Shown: positions 39,740 to 52,413 of the stretch, one piece after another
Layout of the letters: every line of letters begins with the position of its first letter
Numbering within the stretch: the stretch's first letter is position 1
From: Octopus sinensis
Lineage: Eukaryota
DNA length: 64,000 nt
Direction: 5' to 3'
Assembly (NCBI RefSeq): GCF_006345805.1
Contig: NC_043000.1
Coordinates: 126,604,001-126,668,000, forward strand
Translations under genes and position numbers: made by a program
The notes under the pieces: generated by a model
Told to the model about the DNA's origin: nothing
Seen by the model: the letters and a program-made list of their open reading frames with translations, nothing else
The model's database searches: none

Positions 39740-40050
39740 CATTATTTACATTCGACAGATATTTGTCCTCATCTGTCGTTAACACAACATTTTGGTTGAT
39801 ATACCCTCTAGCCTTCTTCAGGTGTCTTGGGGAAATTTCGAACCTGGGTTCTCATTCCTAAGGTATTTTTTGATGTTATTATTATTATTGTTATTATCGT
39901 TATTGTTCAGGTCATTGCTTGGAATCGAACTCGGAAACTTGGGGTTAGTAGCCCGCACTCTTAACCATTACACCATATGCCCATGAGCATATGGCGTAGT
40001 GGTTAACAACAAACAAGACGAGGACAAATATCCGTTGAATGTAAATAATG
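39740..40050 (-). mobile_element. tRNA-headed retroelement carrying a hammerhead ribozyme motif, with an inverted terminal segment
   Basis: Minus strand: tRNA-like head (~39982-39910), (AAT)n linker, HHR-like motif 39781-39828; 39740-39783 is repeated in inverted orientation at 40002-40050. Confidence 0.7.
39781..39828 (-). ncRNA. Minimal type-I hammerhead ribozyme motif (partly decayed)
   Basis: AAGACAC-CTGAAGA-AGGCTAGAGGGTATATCAACC-AAAATGTT-GTGTT; stem I ACAC/GTGT; inferred ancestor GGCTG..CAGCC-GAAACGTT, consistent with CpG decay. Confidence 0.6.
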
Positions 40051-40436
40051 TTCATAATTCCTCATCTCTTAAAGATAGAACTTTGTTGTTTTCTACTTCC
40101 ATAAAACAAAAGCAAAGATAACTGTTTTTATAGATATATTAATGATTTGGTCTGTAGTAAGGATCTCTGCCCATAGCCTAATCTTTGTAAACATCTGACT
40201 TTACAAAATCTATTCAACATGTGTCAGATTAGGGAAAGCATGTAGGACAAAATATATTACATAAAAAAATTTTTAAATCTATATGAATGTTTATTAGTGC
40301 AATGTACAATGAGAACCGATATTGACTATTGTCTGGTAAGGAAGGAAAGGTATCTAGATTAAAAATATAAAGAATTAAATAAATAACAACAAAGCAATAA
40401 GTCATTGGAGGAGGGGTGGCTGTCTATGAACCACGA

Positions 40437-40656
40437 CCCTTTAGCATTCAGATTACTCTGTCAAATGTAACCCTTATTTATTCACCTTGTTTTGAAGTAA
40501 TCATGCATTATCTTGTAGCTTCAAGATTTCAGTGATGTGATTGTTTATTTTTAGAGTGACATTGTAGGGTAGGTGTGAAAGGCTGGATCCAGTCAGTTTG
40601 AACATAAAACAGTTAGAATATTTGGGTTTGATATGGCCAGTTTAAAAGCTAAAGGG
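40437..40656. mobile_element. Second, older piggyBac-type MITE family
   Basis: CCCTTTAGCATT...AAGCTAAAGGG termini; related copies at 58872-59092 (opposite strand) and 63450-63590 (partial). Confidence 0.7.
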
Positions 40657-40714
40657 TGACAAAGATTGATGACATTGATTACATCAATTCTTATTTTCTA
40701 CTATTTAAGCACAA

Positions 40715-41079
40715 ATGTGGTTATGTGGTTAAGAAGCTAACTTCCCAACCATGTGACCTTGGGTTCAATCCCACTGTAAAGTACATTGGGCAAGTGTCTT
40801 CAAATATAGCTCTGGGCTGATCAAAGCCTTTTGAGTGGAGTTGGTAGAGAGAAACTGAAAAGAGCCTGTCGCGTGTACATGCATGTGTGTGTGTGTGCGT
40901 GCGCCTTTGTCTAGCCATCACATAATGGTTGTAAATGAACATTACCAACATGTTCATTTCTAGTCTAGCTATGGGAAAATATTACCTCGTTTGGAAATTG
41001 GTGAGGGTTGGCAACAGGAAGAGCATCTGACTGTAGAAATTCTGTCTCACACATGCAAGCATGAAATAGCAGACGTTAA

Positions 41080-41110
<31 letters not shown>
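40715..41110 (+). mobile_element. tRNA-derived SINE: family-A-like head with Meta-domain/RTE-like tail
   Basis: A/B boxes, (TG)n, GGTGAGGGTTGGCAACAGGAAGAGCATC, GACGTTAAA(TGA)n tail; similar copy at 61634-62220. Confidence 0.75.
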
Positions 41111-41111
<1 letters not shown>

Positions 41112-42520
41112 AATAGTGATAGCAATGTTTAGTTAGGAATGGAAGGCCAGTGTCCATAGCCCTTTAATTTTTTTTCAGGGGCCCAAGACTAATAAGAAGA
41201 AAGAATGGTCTGAATTCTGACAACAGAGTTAACCTAATTTTTTATCAGGAAAATATGGATGAGGAAAAAAATTTGGTGTTTGGTTTGAATATTTACAACA
41301 CATTTGCTAAAAGCACCCATTAACATGGTGGTGGTGTTAAACAGAGTGGTGTGTTAGGCTTACCATTTAATACAAGTTGTGTAATAATACAAGCCAGTTT
41401 ATTATTAACTGCTCAACTATAAAGTTGCATGTTATTATCTCATCACTGAGCTACAGATAAATTTTAAAACACATCCTAGAGTACCAACCTGGTGATAAAA
41501 CAGCTAAGAACGGTGAGATAATGACTTGGTAGAAGAATATTAAACGAAATGGAAACCGACAAACACTTTGTTTTCAGTGCTAAAATTGTATCTTCTCATA
41601 AGAGACTTGGAAGGAAATCTTTGATTGTAAGAATAAGAGAAAAAAAAAGCGAGACAAGCACAACAAACAAAAAATGTTTGAAAAACTTTAAAAAAAATGT
41701 GATGCTAAATCCATTTTGCTGTTTAATCAAATAAGAAAAGATGAGAGTTAGACGGATATAACAGGGGTAATTTTGCTGAGCAAGTCAAGTTTGTGACCCA
41801 GTTTCAATCAGTGGCCAGATTCTTATAATGCTAATGTTTTTGGAAAGGCATGAACACAAAAGCTATTTGTTCTATAGCAAAGTGAGGAAATATATATAAG
41901 ATAAAAAAAAAAAACCAAAAAAAAAAACCCCCAAAAAAGGCAAATAACCAGAATATCAATCATTAATAAATCTGGCTCCATAGAAAGATTTGGCTGTTTG
42001 CTATTTTGATATTGAAAATTTTATTATTATTATTATTTTTATTTTCCCAGAATTACATTTTATGAATATGTAATATTAGCTCTTGATAGTTAGATTTTTA
42101 CATCTGATATATTTTTAACTCTCTTTCCTCTTCTTTAGCTCTTTCTCTTCCTAATCATTCACCCTCCTCCTCTTCCTCACTCCTTTATTTATTTATATAT
42201 TTATTCCCTGTTTGTTTTTTTTTTTTCTCCCCGCCTTCACCCCCATTTGCCAACTCAACTTCTTTCTTTCTTTCCTCTTCTATCCTCTCCTTCTCTCCCT
42301 CCCGCTTTCTTCCCCTTCTCTTCTTCTCTTTCATACATTCAGTTAGAAATAAAAATAAATAATTAGACAAATAAATAAATAAATAAATATATGAACGAAT
42401 AAATAAATGAAAAAATATTTCCTTGCTTCAATTATATACGCTCAGCTGAACACATTGCATTACAACATAGCATACCATTTCACAGTTGTGGCTAGACCAA
42501 CTTGTTTAATCCATGTAAAC

Positions 42521-42560
<40 letters not shown>

Positions 42561-42679
42561 AGAGAGAGAGAGAGACATATACACACACACAGAGGAGAAA
42601 AAGAGAGAGAGAGAGAGAGAGAACGTACACAAGACAATAAGGATGAAAATCATGTTAAGATTAATATCACACACAAATC

Positions 42680-42732
42680 TTGTGCGTGTGTATGTGTGTT
42701 TATATATATATATATGCATGTATGTGTGTGTA

Positions 42733-42763
<31 letters not shown>

Positions 42764-43021
42764 GCATGTATGTGTGTGTATGTGTGTGTGTATATATATA
42801 TATATATATGCATGTATGTGTGTGTATGTGTGTATATATATATGCATGTATGTGTATGTGTATATATATATATATATATGAATGTATGTGTGTGTGTGTG
42901 TGTATGTGTGTGTGTATGTGATATATATATATATATGCATGTATGTGTGTGTATATGTGTGTGTATATATAATATATATATATATATATATGTGTGTGTG
43001 TATATATATATAATATATATA

Positions 43022-43104
<83 letters not shown>

Positions 43105-43116
43105 ATATATATATAA

Positions 43117-43160
<44 letters not shown>

Positions 43161-43176
43161 TGTATGTGTGTGTGCG

Positions 43177-43207
<31 letters not shown>

Positions 43208-43258
43208 TCATACACATATATATACATATACTTAAGATTTGTCTATGTATGTGTATGC

Positions 43259-43294
<36 letters not shown>

Positions 43295-43357
43295 TCATAC
43301 ACATATATATATACATATACTTAAGATTTGTCTATGTATGTGTATGCATATGTGTTG

Positions 43358-43410
<53 letters not shown>

Positions 43411-43500
43411 ATGTATGTATGTTTATACACATATGTGTACATGTGTGTGTGTGTGTGTGTATGTAAATATATATGTGTATGTATGCATGCATGTATGTAT
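42680..43500. repeat. Compound (TA)/(TG) microsatellite with an internal ~90-bp tandem duplication
   Basis: CACTCATACAC...CTTAAGATTTGTCTATG occurs twice (43205-43262, 43292-43352). Confidence 0.9.
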
Positions 43501-44313
43501 AAAGATTAGTGATATATTTTAAGAATTCTATTAACAATTGATTTCTATAGTCTTATGACTATGAGAAAATTGTATGTTTGCAAGGTGTGTGTGTGTGTAT
43601 ATATATATATGTGAGTGTGTATATATATATATACATGTGAGTGTGTATACTTATGTGTAATTAATATCTATGTGATGTGTGTAAGTGCGTGTGTGTGTGT
43701 GTGTATTCGTAACAACAGAACATTAATTTTTGTCAAAACAGATATGTAGTTTTAAAGAATTGGTTCTTTATTTATTTATCAATAACAACTAAGAACATTG
43801 AAACACCATTGTTTTGTTGATCTCACCCTTTTACTTGATATAAAACCCCTATTGTTTATTGCTTATTGTTTTCCAATGTATTTCGCCTTTGTATTGTCCC
43901 CAACGTCTTAAGCCCTTGTGGCAAATAAAAGAAATCATCATACAACTTCATTTATACAAGAATAATATCATAATTCTTTTATCCTCATTTTATTATTATC
44001 ACTGTTGTTGTTGTTATTATTATTGATTTAAAATGTTTGCACATGGCCAGGAAGTTGGGGTGGGGATGCAAGCTGATTATATCGACCCCAGTGCTCAACT
44101 GGTACTTACTTTATCTCTACTTATTTACTGGGATGGAAGGCCAAGTTGACCTAAGAAGAATTTGAATTCAGATTGTAAAGACGGACAAAATTATGTGAAG
44201 CATTTTGTCCGGCAAGCTAACGTTTCCACCAGCTCATTGCCTGTATTATTATTATCATTATAATAATAATAATAATAATAATAATTACTATTATTATTAT
44301 TATTATTATTATT

Positions 44314-44778
44314 GAGTGCATGCCATCAAAGTGACAGTGGGGTAGAATATACGAAGCCCAGTATACCCATCATGACTACCCGTCTGATAAGGGTACACTA
44401 GACACATGCATCACAACCATATGTGCGCGACATGGTGATATCATATCAAGATAAACAGCACATGTCCTTGCAGATGGGGCTCAGTTAGAATTTTCTTCTG
44501 GTCGAGTAGCCCATCCTGCTCAAAAGGTCCCTGAATAAGGGTTGTTTAAGGATGTTGAATGAAACACCCATGTTTCCAGAGGTGAATTATTCAAACCCCA
44601 AAGAATCCCTCTCAACACATGCTCCCCCACTACTTCTGCTCATGATCAGAGATGCACATATCGTCAGCCACTAAGGGACATGCTCAACTGGTTAAGGTCA
44701 AACAACTGACAAGCAAATCGGTGGTATTGAGAATATTTGCTGTAGCCCATCTTTTATACGAAGACAAAACAATGTACA
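44314..44778 (-). mobile_element. Unclassified insertion within a (TAA)n microsatellite, probably a non-LTR 3' fragment
   Basis: GC-richer 465-bp block bounded on both sides by (TAT)n/(AAT)n tracts. Confidence 0.4.
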
Positions 44779-45220
44779 TTATTTATTATTACTATTATTA
44801 TCATTATTATTATGATTATTATCAATGTTATTAATCATTATTATCAACCTTTTATTGCCATATTTCTCTTGAAAATATTTCATTGCCTTTGTTACATCTA
44901 ATTTTGAAAATAAATGAATAATTTAGTAAAATAAATGTCATTATTAAAACTGGTGTTTGGAAATTAAATTAACATGAAATATTAATGGAAGGTTTTAGAT
45001 CACTTAACAACACGAAGCTCAAATTATAGAACCAGGGACAATCTCAGGTGGGTTGGTATTGAAAGGGTTAAACAAACATCAAGAGATAAAAAAAAGTGTG
45101 GTGGTTTGGGTAGGATTGATTCCAACACTTTACATTCTGAGTTCAAAACTCCCTGAAGTAAACTATCTTTCATCCCTTTAGATTTAATAAAATAAAATAC
45201 CAGTTAAGTACCAAGGGATA

Positions 45221-45376
45221 TTGATGATGTTTATTAACCCCTCAGATCAAAACTGCTGGCCTTGTGCCTTAATCAGAAACATCATCATCGTTTAGCGTCC
45301 GCTTTCTGATGATGATGTTTCTGATTAAGGCACAAGGCCAGCAGTTTTGATCTGAGGGGTTAATAAACATCATCAA
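45221..45376. repeat. Perfect 69-bp inverted repeat with 18-nt spacer
   Basis: 45221-45289 is the exact reverse complement of 45308-45376. Confidence 0.95.
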
Positions 45377-48300
45377 AACCCCTATTATTATTTTGCTAAG
45401 ATTGGCTTTGCCTGTCATTCATTCAGGGTCAGTGAAACAGGTACCAGTTAAGCACTGGGGGCGACGTGATCAACTTTCTCCCTCCCCTAAAATCTCAGGC
45501 ATTGTGCCTATAGAAGAAAAGGGTATTATTATTATTATTAGTAGTAAGGTGATAAGCTGGCAGGACCATTAACAGATTGGACAAAAAACTTAGAGGCATT
45601 TTGTCTGTCTTTACATTCTGAATTCAAATCTCACCAAGGTCAACTTTGGTTTTCATTCTTTCAAGGTTGATAAAATAAGTACCAGTTGAACACTGGGGTG
45701 GATGTAATTGATTTATTCCAAAACTGCAGGCCTTGAGCTAAAATTTGAAATCATCATCATTATCATTATTATTACTATTATTATTATCATGAGTCATGGC
45801 TTAGTGGTTAGGGTGTTGCACTCAGGATTGTGAGATCGTGGTTTCAATTCCTAAACTTGGTGGTGCATTGTGTTCTTGAGCAAAACACTTCATCTCACAT
45901 TGTTCTGCAACCACTTCAACAACTGAAGTGTGGTACACCGTGTACCTGTTCAGGCAACATCAATTTGATGGAGTGAGCTAATGTACAACACATACATTTG
46001 ATCCCTATAAATATTTGTCCTGGTCATTCAATAAAAGCTGGACACTCATATGTCGTCCTCGATGAGAGAATCCATCATTATTGAGAAGATAACCATGTAA
46101 GGTGGCTAACTGTCAGAATCATCATCATGTTGGACAAAATGCTTAGCAGTAATCCTTCAGGCTCTTCATCTTCGGAGTTCAAACTCTGTCAAAGGGTGAC
46201 TTAGCTTTTCATCCTTTTCAGAGTCAATGAAATAAAGTATCAGTCAAGTACTGGGACTAATCTAATTAACCTACTTCCTTCCATCAAAATAGCTGGCCTT
46301 GTGCCAAAATTTGAAATCCTCTAGGAGTGGTTGGCATTAGGAAGGGCATCCAGCTGTAGAAACTCTGCCAGATCAGATTGGAGCCTGGTGCAGCCAAATT
46401 GTCTAACCCATGCTAGCACGGAAAGCAAACATTAAACGATGATGATGATGATTATTAGGATAATGGATTGAAAGAATTGTATGAGCATAAGAAAAAGATG
46501 TTAAAAATGCTTTGCAGTATTAGTTCCAGCATTTTACACACTGAGTTCAAATCTTGATAAAGTCAACTTTGTTTTTATCCCTCCATAGTCAATTAAATAA
46601 AGTATCAATGAAATATCTGGAGTTAATGATATCGACAATTTGCTCCCCTAAAATTACTAGCCTTACTCCAAATTTGACACAATAATAATAATAATTATTA
46701 TTATTATTGACAAGCTGGCAGAATCATTAGCATGTTGGATACAAAACTTAGCAACATTTCTTCTCAGTCTTCACAAACTGAGTTCAAAACTCACCAAGGC
46801 TAACTTAATCTTTCACTTTTTTTGGAATTGTTAAAATAAAGCACCAGTAAAGTACCAGGGCAGGTATTCAAAAATTGCTGGCCTTTTGCCTAAATCAGAA
46901 ATTATTATTATTATTATTGTTATTATTGTTTTTGTTGTTGTTGTTATTATTATTATTATTAGATAAACATCTGCAAGCATAAAGAAGTTGGTGAATTAGT
47001 AGATTCATGAGAGCATCGGATAGAATCTGTACACTGAGTTCAAATCCTATCACGGTCAAGTTTGCCATTCATCCTTCTGGATTTGATAAAGTACCATTTA
47101 GTTACTGGGACTGATTCCTCTCTGTCTCTTTCTCTTGCTCTGTCAGTCAACAAAATTACACTGAGAAAAGTTGTGGGACACCAGACACAGCATTGTTTTC
47201 TCCAGATCTTCAGGTATGGAGAAGGGCTGATCAAGAGGCTAGCAACCATTTTCCATAGAGGCAGGAGTAGTCATGGCTGGAAATAATCCAGTGGGGTGGA
47301 ATCATGACTAGAGCCCATTGGATCATAAGACTGCTTCTTCAGAGCTGACCTAGGGTTAAATAACACCCTCAAATGTACAGCTTCATGGACTATTTATAGG
47401 GATTGCTAAAATACCAAATCTAGATAAAGATTACATTTTGTAAATCTAAAAGATAATCTACACAAATTGACAGGGAAGAAAAAAAAAAGAGAAAACATTC
47501 TATCGTTCTATACATAGGAATTCAAAGCCAATACTTAAAACTCAAATCCTCTTTCGTCTGTTCTTTATCCAGGATACATGTAAATATTTAAAAAGCTTAT
47601 GTTCTATATTTGAACATCTACAACTACTACCACCATCATCACCATCACTAACTACCATTACAGCTCATAGCAATTTTCCTCTAAAACTGTAGCCTTTGTG
47701 ATTTTCCAAGCTATGTTTGTGTTTTTAAAACATTGTTCAATCATTCGTTCGTTTTTTTTCCCATGCTAATGTAGATTAGACAGAGGAAATATTTGAGGAA
47801 TTATTTACAGCATGATGCTCTCTCTGTTGCTAACCATTGCTGTTTTTTTTTTAAATGGGATTTTTTTTACCATGAGGAAATTAGAATGTGCAAAGCTATC
47901 AGATGATTTGTTTGACAAGAAATTTCAACAAATGTCATTTGATACAACCAAGCCACAAATATCACTGCAAAACTCGGTGAGCTGTGAAAGCTGATATCAC
48001 CATCTGAAGGCATAGCTCAATATTGACTGTAAACATTTTACACATATTGGCTGTGTGGAAAGATGTTTGCTTCCCTAACCACGTGGTCCTGGGTTCAGTC
48101 CCACTACATAGTACCTTGGGCAAGTGTCTTCCACTATAGCTTCGGGATGACCAAAGCTTTGTGAGTGGATTTGGTAGACAGAAACCGAAAGAAACCCGTT
48201 GTATGTGTGTGTGTATGTATATATATGTGTATACATATATAGGTGTGTGTGTGTGTATGCATATATATGTGTATACATATATATAAGTGAATGTGTGTGT

Positions 48301-48630
48301 GTGTATTTATATATGTATATTTATATATATATATTCATGTATATGTACATATATAAGTATATGTACATATGTGTGTGTATATATACGTGTGTGTGTGCAT
48401 ATATATATGTGTGTGTGTGTATGTGTGTGTGTGGCTGACCCCACCACCGACTGACAACTGGTGTGGGTGTGGGTTCAGCAAGGAGACCATTAGAATAAGT
48501 AACAGGCTTTAAAAAAAATGGAAATACTGGAGTTGATCATTTCAACTAATATCCCTCACAGTGGTGTCCCAGCATGGCCACAGTCTGATGACTGAAACAA
48601 ATAAAAGAGATAAGATGTGTGTGTGTGTGT

Positions 48631-48706
<76 letters not shown>

Positions 48707-48799
48707 AGGACATAAATGTGAAACAAGGTGGGAAATAGTAGTACTCAAATACCAGAGGTAGAGTAATATGCTTTATTCGAAAGCAGCAAAAATATCACA

Positions 48800-48845
48800 A
48801 AAACTGTTACTCAGATTTTCACATTCCCATTCATCAGACAGTTTT
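48800..48845 (-). ncRNA. Minimal type-I hammerhead ribozyme motif
   Basis: AAAACTGT-CTGATGA-ATGGGAATGT-GAAA-ATCTGAG-TA-ACAGTTTT; perfect 8-bp stem I, intact CUGAUGA/GAAA, GUA site; AATAAA about 20 nt downstream. Confidence 0.75.
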
Positions 48846-49145
48846 GTTTAGAATCAATGAACTGACGTTTTTACTTCGATTTCACCATGGTATGCCTTTG
48901 GGAAATGTATGAATATCAAAATCTCGTTTCCATTCATCCGTAAATCAGAGATCCTATCGCTACATTAAATATCATTAAATTGGTTAAACATGTAAAAATA
49001 GCAGTAATTTGACACTGTCGAATATTGAGTTATTCATTTTGTCATTTCTAAACAAAACTGTCCGACGAAGGGGAATGTGTAACTCTGAGTGTGATATTTT
49101 TGCTGCTTTTTAATATATATATATATATTATATATATATATATAT

Positions 49146-49357
49146 ATATAATATGTGACAATTATTCGGTAGCCATGATAAAACTCCAAGTTTCAGATGT
49201 TGGGGCAGAAACCCGCACCGGCATCTCTTCAGTTATTGGGCCATCAAAAAATTATTTGATGGCCCGATAATTGAAGAGATGCCGGTGCAGGTTTCCGCCC
49301 CAACATCTGAAAGCTGGAGTTTTATCATGGCTACCGAATAATTGTCACATATTATAT
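49146..49357. mobile_element. ~100-bp-arm fold-back with a hammerhead motif in each arm
   Basis: Arms meet at GGGCCATCAAA-aaatta-TTTGATGGCCC. Minus 49177-49237: AATAA-CTGAAGA-GATG..CATC-T-GAAA-CTTGGAG-TT-TTATC; plus copy at 49266-49326. Confidence 0.75.
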
Positions 49358-49428
49358 TTACAGATAAATTCCTCTATTTACATAGTATCACGGTCTCTTT
49401 CATTCTTTTGTTGTTTTACCATTACTAT

Positions 49429-49491
<63 letters not shown>

Positions 49492-52413
49492 TGCTGGTAT
49501 GGCTATGTCATTAAGAAGTTAAGAAGTTTGGTGTGTGGTTAAGAAGCTTGCTTTGCAACCACTTGGTTTCAGGTTCAGTTCCACTGCACAGCAACTTGGG
49601 CATGTGTCTTCTGCTACGGTCCTGAGCCAACCAATGCCTTGAGTGAATTTCAAAGACAGAAACTGTGTGAAAGCTCATTATCTGTGTGTGTGTATGTGTG
49701 TGTGTTTGTGTGTGTGCGTGTGTGCATGTGTGTGTGCATCTGTCTTTATGTTTGTCTACCCACCCCTACACCATTTGACAACAGGTGCTAGTTTGTTTCT
49801 GTCCTTATAACCTAGTGGTTCAGCAAAGGACTCGATAAAATAGGTACTAAGATTAGAATAAACACTAGGAGTTAATCCATTCAACACAAAAAAAATAATA
49901 AAATCCTTCAAATTGGTGCCCAATCAGGGCCACAGTCACATGATTGAAAGAAGGAAAAGTGAAAGAGATATGATGGTTTCTTTCCCAGCTTCTGTCAACT
50001 AAATTCCATCACAAGGTACCACAGTTTGGGGCTAAAGTAGAAAACACTCGTCCAAGGTGCTACACATTGGAATTGAACCTGAAGTTATGTGGTTGAGAAG
50101 CAAACTTCTTACCCACACAGCCATACATACACCCATTATTCATATTTACAAAAATCATCATTAGTCAATACTGCTTGTTTATTAGTAAATATATAAAATT
50201 CTCTAATTAATTAAAATTAGAACAGTATACATTCAAAGGACTCGATGGCCTAATTTTAATTGTCAATGAAAAATAAATTATGAGAAAAACATGAAAGAGC
50301 TTCAACTTGGTTGTTTAACCTGCTCAAAATAACAGCCAAATCTCCCTCAAATCATATGTTATAATCTTTAAAGAAACAAAGCACATTGGATAATGTAGTT
50401 CAGGGTATGCAATGCCAGTAATATTAGAGTGACAGCGGAAATGCCTTTGATCGTAAATATGTTCATTCAGAACTGACATGGGGTAAAATGACAAAATGAA
50501 TATACCAATATTCAACAGTGTCAAATTACTGCTATTTTTACATGTTTAACCAATTTAATGATATTTAATATGGCGATAGGATCTCGGATTTACAGATGAA
50601 TGGAAATGAGATTTTGATATTCATACATTTCCCAAAGGTATACCATGGTGAAATCGAAGTAAAAACGTCAGTTCACTGATTCAATCTCTTCAAGAGCCTG
50701 CTTCAGTTCTCCAGTGTTCACATAATTATAAATTCTGAAATGCAGCTGACTCCATCAGGATTGTAACAAAACAATCGTACGAAACTCAACTGAGAATATT
50801 TCAATTAGTTAGCACTTGAATCTCAGACGGATGCAACTATTGAGCGATTGGAAACAATATTCCTGATTTCAAGTTCTTTTAAAGTGTAGGAAAATGTGAT
50901 AAATCAATACAGTAGTGCCTGAGCAAGATAACATGAACTGCCATGGCTTATTAATTCAATACAGAGTCACTTGAGAAACCATTCTTTACTTAAAGTGCCA
51001 CAAGAGTTCACTGAAATGGAAGAAACCGCTAATGGACAGGATTCTGTTTATCAACCACAGACTGCAACAATGAACACTATGGACTCCTCTTTCTAGCTGT
51101 TTCACATCACGTATGTTACTGTTATCTTTAAGAAAGGCATAAATACCACACAGTCACAAAGCCTACCATTATCACCACCACCACCACAAAAAAGATGGTG
51201 AGCGTGGACCTATACAAGAATTAATATTACATAATACTTCAATACTATTTTTTCCTAAGCACAAATCAATATTCCACCATCTCTAACCATCTCTCTTTCT
51301 CCCTGTACACTCTTGCAATCTCAATGCACCCACCTTCCCTGTTCTTTTTTTTACTCATTTTCATTCACCTTCTTGTACTTTGAGAGTATACCCTGACACC
51401 TCATCACTATTTTTAGCTCTCTTTCAAACACTCACCCAGTCTTTCATAATGTGAGTAGCTATGTATCTCCTCTACAACAAAAAGACTTGTTCTGACCCCT
51501 TCTTTCATATGTTAACCTCACATCACCCAGCATAAACCTACCTCCTTTTCTATAGTAACCCCACTCAGTCAAAGAGGATCTTAGTCCTGTGAGCTGCATT
51601 GCAACCTCACCAGTGCTGGCACAATGAAAAAAAGCACCTAGTACACTTTGGAAAGTAGTTGATGTTAGGAAAAGCATCCAGTTGTAAAAACCATTCTGTT
51701 TCAGTCATTAGACTGTGGCCATTTTGGGGCACTGCTTTGCAGAATTTTTATCGAGAAAAATCAACTCCAGTGCTTATTATTTTTGAAGCCTGGTACTTAT
51801 TCTATCAGGTTCTTTTGCTGAACTGCTAAGTTAGGGGGACATAAACACACCAACATTGGTTGTCAAGTGGTTGGTGGGGACAAGCACACACACACACACA
51901 CACATATATACGACGGGCTTCTTTCAGTTTCTGTCTACCAAATCCACTCACAAGGATTTGGTTGGCCTGAGGCTATAGTAGAAGACACTTGCCCAAGGTG
52001 CCACACCGTGGGACTGAACCCAGAACCATGTGGTTGGGAAGCAAACTTCTTACCATACAGCCATGTCTGTGCACAAACGCAGTCCTTGGACTCATCAGAT
52101 CCTACCAAACCATCTAACCCTTGCCAGCATGGAAGACAGAACTCAAAAGATGATGATAATGATAATGAGATATTTATTTCTTTTCTATTCATAGCATGGT
52201 TGTATCACCAAAGACTGAGTTGTCTTTTACACATATTCTATTGAAAGCTGGCATGACAAGGTGATTCCTATTTCAATTCTACTTTTCTGTAACTTGACCT
52301 TCTGTCATAGCCTTGGTCTGACCCTCACCTTACATATATTCCCCAGTGCAGAAACTTGTTAGAAGAACTGACTTTGTCATTAGTTGGTAGCCTTCATCTG
52401 TAACTCAGTTTAA

